Origin: an uncultured Bifidobacteriaceae bacterium
GTDB lineage: Bacteria; Bacteroidota; Bacteroidia; Chitinophagales; UBA10324
NCBI GenBank assembly: GCA_964424455.1
Contig: CAYRJA010000003.1
Coordinates: 4,186-68,185 of the forward strand
DNA length: 64,000 nt
Reading direction: 5' to 3'
Position numbers and translations under genes: made by a program. Positions within the stretch are counted from its first letter, which is position 1. Every line of letters begins with the position of its first letter. A model generated the notes under the pieces. That model ran no database searches. It worked only from the letters and a program-made list of their open reading frames with translations, and was not told the DNA's origin. Positions 17,403 to 27,773 of the stretch are shown piece after piece.

Positions 17403-17415
17403 AAAATTATTCCGG

Positions 17416-18192
17416 CTATAGCGGAGAATCTTTCGCTGACGATAAAGGTGTTACAGTTGGCAGTCCCGGTACTCCAAAAATTTCCATGTGTAATGAGTCT
17501 TTATCGTAGCCGAGTGTGGCAATTCTCTTCCGTGCTTCATCGGTCATGTTTCTCCATCCGCATAAATAAAAATCAGCCGGACGCTTATCTGCAAAGATTT
17601 CTTCATACACTTCGTGAACATATCCTTTTCTGCCATTGTATTCAGGAGAGTTTTCTCTCGATAAAGTGAAAATAAATTTGAAGTTCGGTATATTCCTTTC
17701 CATCTCTTCCATTTCTTTTCTGTACAATAAGTCTTTCAGATATCGTGTTCCGAAAATCAGATAGATATTTTTTGTAAGTCGCGGACGCTTATATAAATCC
17801 TGAAGCATGGAATGAAACGGAGCAATGCCCGTACCGGTTGCTACGAAACAAATATCCGTTTCAATTTTTTCCGGTAAAGTAAACCGTCCCTGCGGACCTT
17901 TGAATGAAAGTACTGAACCAATACTGACTTCCTTCCATAGATACTGAGAAGCTGCGCCGTGTTCTGCATAAACGATAACCAACTCAAACTCATTTCCGTT
18001 AGGAGCAGAAGCAATGGAATAACTACGCTGCCTCTGATTTTTCCTTTCACCAAAAGGGAAATCAAATGTGATGAACTGTCCGGGTTTAAATTGAAATTCT
18101 TCTACCTCAGGAACACGGAAGAAAAACCGTTTGGTGTTTCCGGTTTCATCCAGAATATTCAGTACTTCGGCATTCAGCCACTTTTCTTTCAT
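17416..18192 (-). CDS. ferredoxin-NADP reductase-type FAD/NAD(P)-binding oxidoreductase
   Basis: 258 aa. RSYSIAS (RxYS FAD motif) and GTGIAPF (NAD(P) motif), with plant-type FNR-like two-domain size. Confidence 0.75.
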   Translation of the reverse strand: MKEKWLNAEVLNILDETGNTKRFFFRVPEVEEFQFKPGQFITFDFPFGERKNQRQRSYSIASAPNGNEFELVIVYAEHGAASQYLWKEVSIGSVLSFKGPQGRFTLPEKIETDICFVATGTGIAPFHSMLQDLYKRPRLTKNIYLIFGTRYLKDLLYRKEMEEMERNIPNFKFIFTLSRENSPEYNGRKGYVHEVYEEIFADKRPADFYLCGWRNMTDEARKRIATLGYDKDSLHMEIFGVPGLPTVTPLSSAKDSPL

Positions 18193-18434
18193 TCAGGTAA
18201 ATTAAATTTTGCTTTCAGAATTTCTTAGTAACACAAAGAAAGGAACTAAAATTCCTTTTTAAGATAAACTGATTTAATAATTCTGTAACTCATTTATCAT
18301 TTACCCTGATAGGTCGCTATTGTAATTTCAGAAAACACAACCGATAACGGATTCATTTTTACATATCCTGATTTTCAGAGTAGCTTCACTTTTTCTGTAA
18401 AGTTTCATTTACATTTATAGAAAATATTCATTGT

Positions 18435-19976
18435 ATGTTAGTCAAAACCTATGGCAGTGCGGTTTACGGTATTGATGCACAAACCATCACAGTGGAAATT
18501 TACTATGGCAGCGGCGACCTGAAATATTTAATGGTGGGAATGGCAGAACAAGCAGTGAAAGAAAGTCTGTACCGTATTGAAGCTGCCTTTAAGTATCATG
18601 ACAAAAAAATGCCAAGGCAAAAATTATTAGTCAATCTTGCGCCGGCAGATATTCGAAAAGAAGGTTCGGCGTATGATTTAACTATTGCCGTTGGTATTCT
18701 TGCTGTAACAGAGCAGATGAATAATGAGCGGTTGAAGGATTATATAATCATGGGTGAGCTTTCACTCGACGGGAAAGTGCAACCGATTAAAGGCGCTCTG
18801 CCGATTGCCATTCAGGCGCGCAAAGAAGGATTCAAAGGATTTATTCTTCCCAAACAAAATGCACGCGAAGCAGCCATCGTAAACAACCTTGAAGTATATG
18901 GTGTTGATGACATAATGGAGGTGGTGGATTTTCTGAACGGAGATAAAGACTTGGAACGTGTGGTGATTGACACACGAAAAGAGTTTGCAGAATCGCAGAT
19001 GAATATTGATCTGGATTTTGCAGAGGTAAAAGGTCAGGAAAACATTAAGCGGGCGCTGGAGATTGCAGCAGCAGGCGGACATAATGCCATTCTGATAGGA
19101 CCGCCGGGAGCCGGCAAAACAATGCTGGCAAAACGATTGCCTACTATTCTTCCTCCGCTTACTTTGAATGAAGCATTGGAAACAACAAAGATTCATTCAG
19201 TTGCCGGAAAGTTAGCCGCCGAAACTTCTTTGATATCTGTTCGTCCGTTTCGTTCGCCTCACCATACAGTAAGTGATGTGGCGCTGGTGGGCGGCGGCAA
19301 TTATCCGCAGCCCGGAGAAATTTCTTTAGCTCATAACGGTGTTTTGTTTTTAGATGAACTTCCTGAATTTAAAAGAACTGTTCTTGAAGTATTACGGCAG
19401 CCGATGGAAGAAAGGCGGGTTACCATTTCACGCGCGAAATTTTCAGTGGACTATCCTGCAAGTTTTATGTTGGTGGCTTCCATGAATCCGTGTCCCTGCG
19501 GCTACTACAATCATCCGGAGAAGGAATGTGTTTGTGCTCCGGGAGTAGTTCAAAAATATCTGAACAGAATTTCGGGTCCACTATTAGACAGAATTGATTT
19601 GCATGTGGAAGTAACACCGGTTGCATTTAATGAACTTTCTTCTAAAAGAACGTATGAGAAAAGTGAATCCGTCCGCACACGGGTGGTGAAAGCAAGAGAT
19701 ATTCAAACCGAAAGATTTAAAAACAATAAAGGAGTTTTTGCAAATGCTCAAATGGGAACAAAGCAGGTTCGTGAGATTTGTAAAATAAATACCGCAGGAG
19801 AAACTTTACTAAAAACGGCTATGGAAAAATTAGGATTATCTGCCCGAGCTTATGACAGAATCTTAAAAGTATCGCGTACGATTGCAGATCTGTCGGCGAG
19901 CGATGAAATTAAAATTGAACACCTTGCCGAAGCAATTCAATACAGAAGTTTAGACAAGGAAAACTGGGCAGGGTAA
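18435..19976 (+). CDS. comM: YifB/ComM family Mg-chelatase-like AAA+ ATPase
   Basis: 513 aa. Lon-like N-domain, Walker [20 protein letters not shown], and the C-terminal ChlI/MCM-like region. Confidence 0.9.
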   Translation: MLVKTYGSAVYGIDAQTITVEIYYGSGDLKYLMVGMAEQAVKESLYRIEAAFKYHDKKMPRQKLLVNLAPADIRKEGSAYDLTIAVGILAVTEQMNNERLKDYIIMGELSLDGKVQPIKGALPIAIQARKEGFKGFILPKQNAREAAIVNNLEVYGVDDIMEVVDFLNGDKDLERVVIDTRKEFAESQMNIDLDFAEVKGQENIKRALEIAAAGGHNAILIGPPGAGKTMLAKRLPTILPPLTLNEALETTKIHSVAGKLAAETSLISVRPFRSPHHTVSDVALVGGGNYPQPGEISLAHNGVLFLDELPEFKRTVLEVLRQPMEERRVTISRAKFSVDYPASFMLVASMNPCPCGYYNHPEKECVCAPGVVQKYLNRISGPLLDRIDLHVEVTPVAFNELSSKRTYEKSESVRTRVVKARDIQTERFKNNKGVFANAQMGTKQVREICKINTAGETLLKTAMEKLGLSARAYDRILKVSRTIADLSASDEIKIEHLAEAIQYRSLDKENWAG

Positions 19977-19981
19977 TTCCT

Positions 19982-21178
19982 CTATAAGAAACGGGAATAT
20001 AGAAATCCCACCACTAATGCCAGCACTACCAAAACAGGCGGTTGTATTTTGGTCAGTGACAGTAACAGAAAAACTGTTACAACCACCACAATATTTATCC
20101 AGAAAAACTCAAGGCTGCTCCACAACACTACTGCTGCTCCTAATACTAATCCTGTTGCCGCCGCATTTACACCTTCCAATGAACGCTTAATGAAACGATA
20201 GCTTTTCAGATAATGCCAAAAGGGATAAATGAAAAACATCAGCAGAATGCTTGGCAGAAAAATTCCAACCGTTCCTATGAAGCAACCCAGCAACTGATAA
20301 TGCACTCCGAAATTTTTCAGCGCCATTCCTCCTGCATAAGTGGCAAATGCAAACGATGGACCCGGTACTGCCTGATTAAGTGCATAGCCGGAAATAAATT
20401 CGTTCGCAGTAAGATAGTTTCTGTGTTTGACATACTGCTCAAACAACATAGGAACTAAAACCTGTCCGCCTCCATAGGTGATAGTTCCGAAACGGATAAA
20501 GTTTTCAAATAAAACTACCGGACGGAATTTTGTAATGGCTCCGAGTACAGCAGCCAACAAAAAAATCCCGAGTAACAGAGCTAAACTCAGCGATGAACTT
20601 CGCCAGTTAATTTTCGGACGGTCTTTTAAAGGAGGGAATTTTGCATGGTTAGTAATATTGGTAATTACTCCACTAAGAATCAGCACTACCGGAAATATCC
20701 ATGGCGAAGTGAGAACAACAGAAGTAAGCAACGCCAGTACCATAATAACAATACCGGTATAATTTTTTATTACAGCAGAGCCGATGTTGAATCCTGCATA
20801 AGCAATGATGCCGATAGCAAGTGGCTGAACAAATTGTAAAAAGTCAAGAGAGAAACCCTGCTGCTCAACCATAGTAAAGCCCAGCGTAAGCGCCGTCATG
20901 ATTATAGTAGCCGGTAAAATCCAAATTAGTAAAGCAAGAATTGCAAGTACTGTTCCTCCACGCTTTAAAGAAATGGCTGTAATAATTTGTGTGGAGGAAG
21001 GACCGGGGAGCATCGAACAGAATGCCACCATTTCCATTAACTCTTCTTCGGTAAGGAAATTTCTTTTCTTAACAAACAATTTCAACATCATAGATAGGTG
21101 AACCTGCGGTCCACCGAAAGCTGTTACACTGATAATCAGAACATCTTTCAGATACAGGATGTTTCTGCCGCGAAGCAT
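19982..21178 (-). CDS. chrA: chromate ion transporter (CHR family), second paralogue
   Basis: 398 aa. AFGGPQVHLSMM..FLTEEEL..CSMLPGPSSTQ, with second half ITYGGGQVLVPML..NQAVPGPSFAFA. Confidence 0.85.
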   Translation of the reverse strand: MLRGRNILYLKDVLIISVTAFGGPQVHLSMMLKLFVKKRNFLTEEELMEMVAFCSMLPGPSSTQIITAISLKRGGTVLAILALLIWILPATIIMTALTLGFTMVEQQGFSLDFLQFVQPLAIGIIAYAGFNIGSAVIKNYTGIVIMVLALLTSVVLTSPWIFPVVLILSGVITNITNHAKFPPLKDRPKINWRSSSLSLALLLGIFLLAAVLGAITKFRPVVLFENFIRFGTITYGGGQVLVPMLFEQYVKHRNYLTANEFISGYALNQAVPGPSFAFATYAGGMALKNFGVHYQLLGCFIGTVGIFLPSILLMFFIYPFWHYLKSYRFIKRSLEGVNAAATGLVLGAAVVLWSSLEFFWINIVVVVTVFLLLSLTKIQPPVLVVLALVVGFLYSRFL

Positions 21179-21179
21179 C

Positions 21180-22136
21180 TTACACCTTTTCCTTTTTTAA
21201 ACCGATTTCCACTAATCGTTCATTGAGATACTCTCCGGCAGTGATATCGTCATATTTTTTAGGGTTGTCAAAATTCACACAGGATGGCAGGCAATTCAGT
21301 TTCATTTCTGAACGCGGATGTAAAAAGAATGGAATGGAATAACGGGAAGTTCCCCATTTTTCCTGTGGCGGGTTTACAACGCGGTGAGTGGTTGATTTCA
21401 GGTAATTGTTGGTTAATCGCTGTAACATATCTCCTACATTTACTACAATCTGTCCGGGTAATGCTGTAACAGGTGTCCACTCATTTTGATTATTTAGAAT
21501 TTCCAATCCTTCCGCCGAAGCCCCAACTAAAAGAGTAATAAGGTTAATATCTTCATGCTGCTCTGCGCGAAGAGCGGATGCAGGATCTTCAAAAATTGGC
21601 GGATAGTGAATGGCGCGGAGAATACTGTTGCCATTACGGATCTTATCATCAAAATAATCTTCCTGCAGTTTCAGGTAATCTGCTATTGCACGCAGCAGGT
21701 GCCGTCCACAATTCTCAAAACTATGATAGGCATGAATACCTGCTTCGTTGAAGCCGGGCAATTCATCCACCCAAACGTTATCAGGGTATTCTGATTTAAT
21801 CGGATCATTGTCTATTACAATTTGTCCAAACTGCCAGAACTCTTTCATGTCCGCTACACTACTTCCTTTGGCATGCTCTCTGCCAAATGGCGTATAGCCG
21901 CGTTGTCCTGCTAAATCTTTTTTTTCATACTTCAGCTTTAATTCTTCCGACAAAGAGAAAAATGCTTTTATCTCTCTATATAAATCCTCAATAAGCATTT
22001 CGCTTATACCATGATTTTTTACTGCTACAAAACCCACTTCACGATAGGCATCGCCTAATTCTTTTACAAAAGCAGTCTTCTTTACAGGATTCTCTGAAAG
22101 AAAATCAGCAAGGTCAACAACAGGAATATTTGCCAT
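21180..22136 (-). CDS. 2-oxoglutarate/Fe(II)-dependent oxygenase (isopenicillin-N-synthase family)
   Basis: 318 aa. N-terminal DIOX_N-like region IPVVDLADF. His-x-Asp..His region (AEQHEDINLITLL .. STTHRV). Confidence 0.8.
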   Translation of the reverse strand: MANIPVVDLADFLSENPVKKTAFVKELGDAYREVGFVAVKNHGISEMLIEDLYREIKAFFSLSEELKLKYEKKDLAGQRGYTPFGREHAKGSSVADMKEFWQFGQIVIDNDPIKSEYPDNVWVDELPGFNEAGIHAYHSFENCGRHLLRAIADYLKLQEDYFDDKIRNGNSILRAIHYPPIFEDPASALRAEQHEDINLITLLVGASAEGLEILNNQNEWTPVTALPGQIVVNVGDMLQRLTNNYLKSTTHRVVNPPQEKWGTSRYSIPFFLHPRSEMKLNCLPSCVNFDNPKKYDDITAGEYLNERLVEIGLKKEKV

Positions 22137-22235
22137 AGAATTGAAATTATTTAGAGTTACTTTTTTAAACAGTTACGAAAGATAACATAATCTTCAGGAC
22201 AAAAATAAAATTGTGTTTCTGAAAACAGAGACTTT

Positions 22236-23354
22236 CTATACAAAAGAAAATCTTTCTTTCCATTGTAAAAACCACTTTTCATAATAGTTGTAACTCAACC
22301 CTGCAATTATAATAGTTAATGCTAACGCAAGTGCGGGAAGCACAACCATATACTGTAGCGGCTGATACAGAAAATTAAAATGCAGAAGAATATCCTTTGA
22401 GATTTTTATAGCTAACGGATGAAAACAGTACAGCCCATAAGAAATTTTTCCAAGCCATGAAAACAGTTTTATGTTTCCGGCTTTGAAAAATGAGTTAATA
22501 CAAAAAGTCTGTTCAAAGATGATAAACACGAATAACGCACCGAGAATGGAGCGCTCAAAGATTACTGAGAGCGGTGACTGAAAAAACAAATTGTATCCGC
22601 AGAGAATAGCAATTATGAAAAGGTATATGATAATTATCCATTGCTTAGACAATGAAGCGAGTGCATGAAAAGGTTTATTTCTGTAAAAGGATAAATAGGC
22701 AATCAATCCTCCAATCGCAAAATCACTTAGTATGCTGAAAGTGTGCAGATAAATAATTTTCTCATTATGTATGTATGCTGCTCTGAATCCTATACTGAAA
22801 ATAATAAGTAGTATAAATACCCATTGAATTTTTTTATAAAAGATTTTAAATAAAACAGGACAGAATAAATAAAACTGCTCTTCTATAGCGATAGACCACA
22901 GTACAGCCAGCATGGGTGAATAGGGAACAATACCTTTTATCATTTCAAAGTTGGCGAAGAAGAACAGATAGGAATAAACATGAGCGGGTTCATGGTAACT
23001 TTTTCCTAAGAATGAAAAAAGAAGTGGTACTGTATAAAACGAAAGCAAAACAATTCCGAAATAGAGAGGCCAGATGCGTAATGTGCGGCGCACATAGAAT
23101 TTTAAAATATTATTTCTTCCGGTTCTTTCTCTCTCTGAAAAAAGTAAGTAGATAATCAGGAATCCTGACAACACAAAAAAGAAATTTACTCCGAGCACTC
23201 CCGTCTTAGAAAAATCTCTCAGCCACTGAGTAAATGGTGTTGTATAAAATCCGGGAACATAAACTGCCCATGAATGAGCTATAAATACACTGAAGAACGC
23301 AAAGAAGCGAAGTGCATCAAGATTAGAGAAGTAGATTTTATTCTGTGCGTTCAA
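22236..23354 (-). CDS. acyltransferase family 3 membrane protein
   Basis: 372 aa, about 10 TM helices. N-terminal LDALRFFAFFSVFIAH motif typical of Acyl_transf_3. Confidence 0.8.
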   Translation of the reverse strand: MNAQNKIYFSNLDALRFFAFFSVFIAHSWAVYVPGFYTTPFTQWLRDFSKTGVLGVNFFFVLSGFLIIYLLFSERERTGRNNILKFYVRRTLRIWPLYFGIVLLSFYTVPLLFSFLGKSYHEPAHVYSYLFFFANFEMIKGIVPYSPMLAVLWSIAIEEQFYLFCPVLFKIFYKKIQWVFILLIIFSIGFRAAYIHNEKIIYLHTFSILSDFAIGGLIAYLSFYRNKPFHALASLSKQWIIIIYLFIIAILCGYNLFFQSPLSVIFERSILGALFVFIIFEQTFCINSFFKAGNIKLFSWLGKISYGLYCFHPLAIKISKDILLHFNFLYQPLQYMVVLPALALALTIIIAGLSYNYYEKWFLQWKERFSFV

Positions 23355-24894
23355 TTTTCTTCAGCACTGAAATTTTCTCCATGCCGTCGCGGGTGAAGAT
23401 AATCCCTTTATTCCTTTGATATGTTTTTAAAAAATCCATTGCCTGTTGTTCATCTTCAATCGTTCGCAAATTCCGGTGAGCATAATAAATCAACTGCGGT
23501 TCGTCCGGGATGTTCTGAATAAAAATTACTTCATCCGATTTTGAATTTTCTGCTATAAACATTCCTTCAGTTTTATAAATATCATACCGGTTACCGCTCT
23601 GTGAAATCTCACCGGGGCGATTGATATAATAAAAGATAAGTACTCCGAAAACCGTTGTCAGTGCAACTGTTACAATTTTGTTCAGTGCGGAAATCTGATT
23701 TTTTATTTTGTAAAACATCCATGAAATAATTACTGCTATAAATGGAGAGCTTTTTAACATAAAAAAGTCAAGTGCAGAAGCTTTAAGGAAAATCAGATGG
23801 TGTAACAGTACCGGAAAGAAAAGGAAAACAACTATCCTTCTGAATATTTTAGCTTCGCTCGCTTCAGAAAATATTTTCTTTCCAAACGCAATCAAAAGCG
23901 ACACAATCAACAAAATTTCAGGAAGAAATCCGATGATGTAGTTTTTAATTATTGCCAATGTATCTGAAAAAAATACCGGCAATCTGAAATGCTCAGAATA
24001 TCCACTACGGGTAGTATAACGATGAACGGCAATATCAATGAAGGAATTAAACCCATTGATTAAAGAATATTGATACACTGTAACAGCAATAGCTGACAAA
24101 CATGAAACAGTTAATACAGCAGAAATCAGGAAATATTTCTTGCTCGTTTCAATTTTAAATAAGCAATAAACAACTGTTACAACTGTAAATGTGAATCCGA
24201 GGTATTCTGTATAGTTGAGAAAGAAGTTAGACAGAAATAATATTACGAGCCATTGGAGAGAACTAAGTTTTCCCTTCGACTGTATTCTTAGAAAAATAAA
24301 TACTGTGAGCAGCCAAAGTGTAACAGCAGGCATATCGGTCATATACACATTGCTGTGAAACCATAATGCACAGGGATTAAAAAGATGAAAGGTTACTGCA
24401 ATAATTCCCGGTACAAAAAGATTCTTTTCTTTCCAACCGAACAGTAAACAAACTATCTGATACAGAAGAAAACATTCTGTCAGATGCAAGAGCAGATTAA
24501 AGATTTGTAATGACAGCGGAACAACCGGAAGACTAAACACCTGAAAAATCAGATAGGGAAACAGATAGGCAAATGGCGGATAACTTTGATAAAAGTCATT
24601 GCCGTTTTTATCAAATTCGCCGAGTGTCTGGTTATTTATGAATTTATTGGCTTCCCCCGGATAATTCATGATTGGATTAAAGTGATTTTTCACCAATCCA
24701 TCTTCTCGCCAGATTTGCATAATCCGTAATACATGGGCTGTTACAAATTCATGATGATTGGAAAGGGGACGGTTGATGATGGGTATTCTTACTACGACCG
24801 AAATGGCAAAGAGTAATAAAATCAAATAGCGCGGAGTAGTAATCTTCATAGATGTCTCTGTAAAAATAAAGAGAATCATCATTCTGTTAATCAC
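23338..24894 (-). CDS. multi-pass membrane protein, ArnT/PMT-like (GT-C fold) glycosyltransferase candidate
   Basis: 518 aa with more than 10 TM helices, a size and topology like GT39/GT83 enzymes. The true start may be the Met at 24849 (MKITTPRYLILLLF). It overlaps the downstream acyltransferase by 17 nt, which suggests an operon. Confidence 0.5.
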   Translation of the reverse strand: MINRMMILFIFTETSMKITTPRYLILLLFAISVVVRIPIINRPLSNHHEFVTAHVLRIMQIWREDGLVKNHFNPIMNYPGEANKFINNQTLGEFDKNGNDFYQSYPPFAYLFPYLIFQVFSLPVVPLSLQIFNLLLHLTECFLLYQIVCLLFGWKEKNLFVPGIIAVTFHLFNPCALWFHSNVYMTDMPAVTLWLLTVFIFLRIQSKGKLSSLQWLVILFLSNFFLNYTEYLGFTFTVVTVVYCLFKIETSKKYFLISAVLTVSCLSAIAVTVYQYSLINGFNSFIDIAVHRYTTRSGYSEHFRLPVFFSDTLAIIKNYIIGFLPEILLIVSLLIAFGKKIFSEASEAKIFRRIVVFLFFPVLLHHLIFLKASALDFFMLKSSPFIAVIISWMFYKIKNQISALNKIVTVALTTVFGVLIFYYINRPGEISQSGNRYDIYKTEGMFIAENSKSDEVIFIQNIPDEPQLIYYAHRNLRTIEDEQQAMDFLKTYQRNKGIIFTRDGMEKISVLKKIERTE

Positions 24895-24983
24895 AGATCA
24901 GGGATAATTCTTTTGCTAAGTGCAATTGCGGGTATCATTATCTGGAAGATTACAGAAAGAACTCCGGTTGCTGAAAAAAGAAA

Positions 24984-27683
24984 TCAATATTGCCCCCACG
25001 AAGAACTTCTTTTACTCATCTTTAAGTCCTGTAACACTGCGGACTTAACATTCAGAGTTAAGAAATACCCTTTGCGAGCGCCAAACGGAATCCATCGGAT
25101 ACTCATTTGCCAGCAGTGTAAGTCGCGGTAGAGTTCTATAGTGGAATAAGAAAAATTTTTGTTGGTCAAGTCATAATTCAGTGAGCCGGTTACTTTCCAA
25201 TTAGCAGTTACCTTCATGTCGAAGTTCATAGTAGCTGTCTGAGTTATTGTAAGAGAATCATCTCCGTGTACTTTTATTTTTCTTAATGAGAGCGTATAGT
25301 AAAGGGAAAAGTTCCATGGCACATTAAAATCAATATAATCGTCAGGATTATTCCGAATCATTTCTAACTCATCCGGATTTCCTGTAGAGGTTCTTTTCGA
25401 TTTACTTTTTGAATTCAGGTTTCCGCCCATACTAAGATTTGCAGCAGTCAGTCGTGCGGGACGATTATTCTCATTCCATTCAAATTTATTTAATCGTCTT
25501 CCCAAAGAATCATTGATGTATGGATCGAAAGAAGAAGAGAAGTTGAGATTAAGTTTATCGAATATGGTTGTTCTTGCTGTTACAGTAAATGGGGTAAGTT
25601 GAAACGAGTCCACAGCAAAATTGTAGGAACTGCGGATAGCAAAACTTTCCAACAGTTTGATTTTCCTTTCCTGTTTCACAGAGTCTTTCTTTGAAAAGAC
25701 TTTCATTTCTAAATTATTGTCTATCCCGAAATTAATTCCGCCAAACTTTCCGCCCGGAGGTCCGCCATATATTCCGTTTGTAAAAATTGAATACTGTGAT
25801 GTATTACCAAAAGTATCCGTTTGAACACTGCGGTAATAACCCCATTTGGGCGCACTGAAATCAGGTTGATAATTAAAACTCATATTCGGCATAAGCACAT
25901 GGCGGATGGCTTTCAACTTTCCTTTCTTGAAATTCACAACACCGTAAACTTTTGTACTCAGCGAAACAGTGGCATTGTAATCAAAGCCCTGAGCAAATCC
26001 CTTTACTGTATCTGTTACAACTCTGTTGGAATCAGCATCCCAAATTTTACGGATGGATTTCAGATACATCACCTCGTTAAGATTGATGCTTGGAGAAATA
26101 TTAAAGAATTTCAGTATCGTAAAAGAAGTGTTAATGGGAACAGAGTGTTTGAATCCATTGGAGAAATTGTTGAGAGTACCCGGTTTGAATAAATTGGAAT
26201 CCACTGACTGCAAATAATTTTTTGCATCTGCGCGATAAGAGAAACTGATTCTTTCATACCACTTGGGAGTACCGGTTGAAATTTTTCTTTTGAACGGAGT
26301 AATTCTCGACACATTAAAGGAAACGCTCGGCAAGCCAAGTGTTACAACTCTTGTTTGTGTGCTTTGTGAATGATCAAGATTGAGTGAAAGATTCATTTTA
26401 TCATTCAGCGACCGCTGGTAAGAAACAGAAGACTGAAATGTATTATTTAGGTAATCGCCTGATGAATAAGTATAAGTTTTGTTATATCCTGATGAACCAA
26501 AATTCACAGAGGAACTGAACCGGCTTTTAGGATTTGACTTTGCATCCTGATTATATGACCACCTCACATTGAAATCTCTTCGGATAATCGGCTTGAAAGG
26601 TGTTTCGGAATTTATGTCGAAAGTCCGGGTGTTACCATAATTCAAGTCAATGTTTCCACCATACTTGTAGCGCTTTTTGTAGTTGGATGAAAGATTCAAC
26701 TTCCAGCTTCCTCGTGAATAAATATCTCCGCGCACTGCAAGATCTACATAATCGTTAATGGCGAAATAGTATCCGCCGTTGGAAAGAAAAAAACCCAAGT
26801 CCTGCCGTTGACCGTATTCCGGAAATAAAATCCCGGATGCTCTGCCTTTGTGAATGGGAAAAATAGCAAATGGAACAAACAGCGGCGTGGGAATATCTTC
26901 TATCACTAAGTTAGCAGGACCGCTCACAATCACTTTATCGGGAATCACTTTCATGCGCGAAGCATTAATGTAAAAATCAGGATGATCTTTGTAGTTACAG
27001 GTAGTGTAGGCATTTCCTTTGGCGAAATAACTGTTATCCGGATTTTTCTTTACCACTTTACTGTGGATATAGCCGCCTTCTTGTTCAGTGAGTAAGTCGG
27101 AAACTTTCCCCTTTTTTGTTTTGAAATTGAACATGATTTTCTTTGCTTCAAAAGCTTCATCACCTTGTTCAAAAAACGGCTCACCTGAAATTTTACCTGT
27201 TACAGAATCTGTTTTTCCGGTGGCTGTAACAATATTATTCCCCCAGTCAAATTCTATGTAGTATGCTTTCAGTTTAATATCCTGATAAGTAACCTGTGCG
27301 TTGTTGTATAAAAAGACTTTTTGATTTGCTACATCATAAATTGTAGAATCATCTGCACGATAATTTACCTTAGCATCCAGCATGTCTTTGGAAACTTTCT
27401 TATCCTGCTTTTTTATAGTATCCCCTTTTAAAGAATCATTTTCTATAGTGAAAAGTGAAATATCACTTAATAAATTCTCAACCTTTCCAATAGAAACATC
27501 CAAATACACGCTCCTGAAATAAGGATAAGCACAAACACTGTCCAAACTAACTGACATTGTCAGCATTGTAAACAATAAAATGAGGAAAGCAAACCGGAGG
27601 TTATAAAATTTCAAAAGACTATCAGGTCTAATTTTGCGTTTACATAATAATGTCATTCTGAACGAAGGAAGCAACCCTTTCAT
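24984..27683 (-). CDS. lptD: putative LPS-assembly outer-membrane protein (LptD/OstA-like, long Bacteroidota form)
   Basis: 899 aa. Signal-anchor region. OstA-like N-terminal part (..YYIEFDWGNNIVTATGK..). Long C-terminal region with alternating beta-strand-like pattern ending in an aromatic residue (..SSSWGQY). The exact start is uncertain (Met at 27683, 27656 or further in). Confidence 0.55.
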   Translation of the reverse strand: MKGLLPSFRMTLLCKRKIRPDSLLKFYNLRFAFLILLFTMLTMSVSLDSVCAYPYFRSVYLDVSIGKVENLLSDISLFTIENDSLKGDTIKKQDKKVSKDMLDAKVNYRADDSTIYDVANQKVFLYNNAQVTYQDIKLKAYYIEFDWGNNIVTATGKTDSVTGKISGEPFFEQGDEAFEAKKIMFNFKTKKGKVSDLLTEQEGGYIHSKVVKKNPDNSYFAKGNAYTTCNYKDHPDFYINASRMKVIPDKVIVSGPANLVIEDIPTPLFVPFAIFPIHKGRASGILFPEYGQRQDLGFFLSNGGYYFAINDYVDLAVRGDIYSRGSWKLNLSSNYKKRYKYGGNIDLNYGNTRTFDINSETPFKPIIRRDFNVRWSYNQDAKSNPKSRFSSSVNFGSSGYNKTYTYSSGDYLNNTFQSSVSYQRSLNDKMNLSLNLDHSQSTQTRVVTLGLPSVSFNVSRITPFKRKISTGTPKWYERISFSYRADAKNYLQSVDSNLFKPGTLNNFSNGFKHSVPINTSFTILKFFNISPSINLNEVMYLKSIRKIWDADSNRVVTDTVKGFAQGFDYNATVSLSTKVYGVVNFKKGKLKAIRHVLMPNMSFNYQPDFSAPKWGYYRSVQTDTFGNTSQYSIFTNGIYGGPPGGKFGGINFGIDNNLEMKVFSKKDSVKQERKIKLLESFAIRSSYNFAVDSFQLTPFTVTARTTIFDKLNLNFSSSFDPYINDSLGRRLNKFEWNENNRPARLTAANLSMGGNLNSKSKSKRTSTGNPDELEMIRNNPDDYIDFNVPWNFSLYYTLSLRKIKVHGDDSLTITQTATMNFDMKVTANWKVTGSLNYDLTNKNFSYSTIELYRDLHCWQMSIRWIPFGARKGYFLTLNVKSAVLQDLKMSKRSSSWGQY

Positions 27684-27773
27684 TTTGTTAGCAGAGGTTT
27701 GTTTGGCAGCGCTGCTCAGGTTGCACTTTATTCAGTATTGTCATTAGTGAATGCGGTAAAATTAGAACAAATC

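Noticed and set aside
22137-22235. An imperfect hairpin (gtctctg/cagaaac on the minus strand) after the acyltransferase gene as a possible terminator.
   Set aside because: The stem is only 6 of 7 paired and AT-rich, which is too weak to report as a feature.
24913-25131. A 72-aa plus-strand ORF between the GT-C-like and LptD-like genes.
   Set aside because: It mostly overlaps the 3' end of the 899-aa minus-strand gene, and its translation is featureless.
27699-27773. Upstream alternative start of the amidase ORF. Similarly 47804-47875 for the hypothetical protein and 24850-24894 for the GT-C-like protein.
   Set aside because: The extensions precede a canonical signal peptide or a plausible N-terminus and look non-coding. 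The internal ATG starts give sensible proteins.
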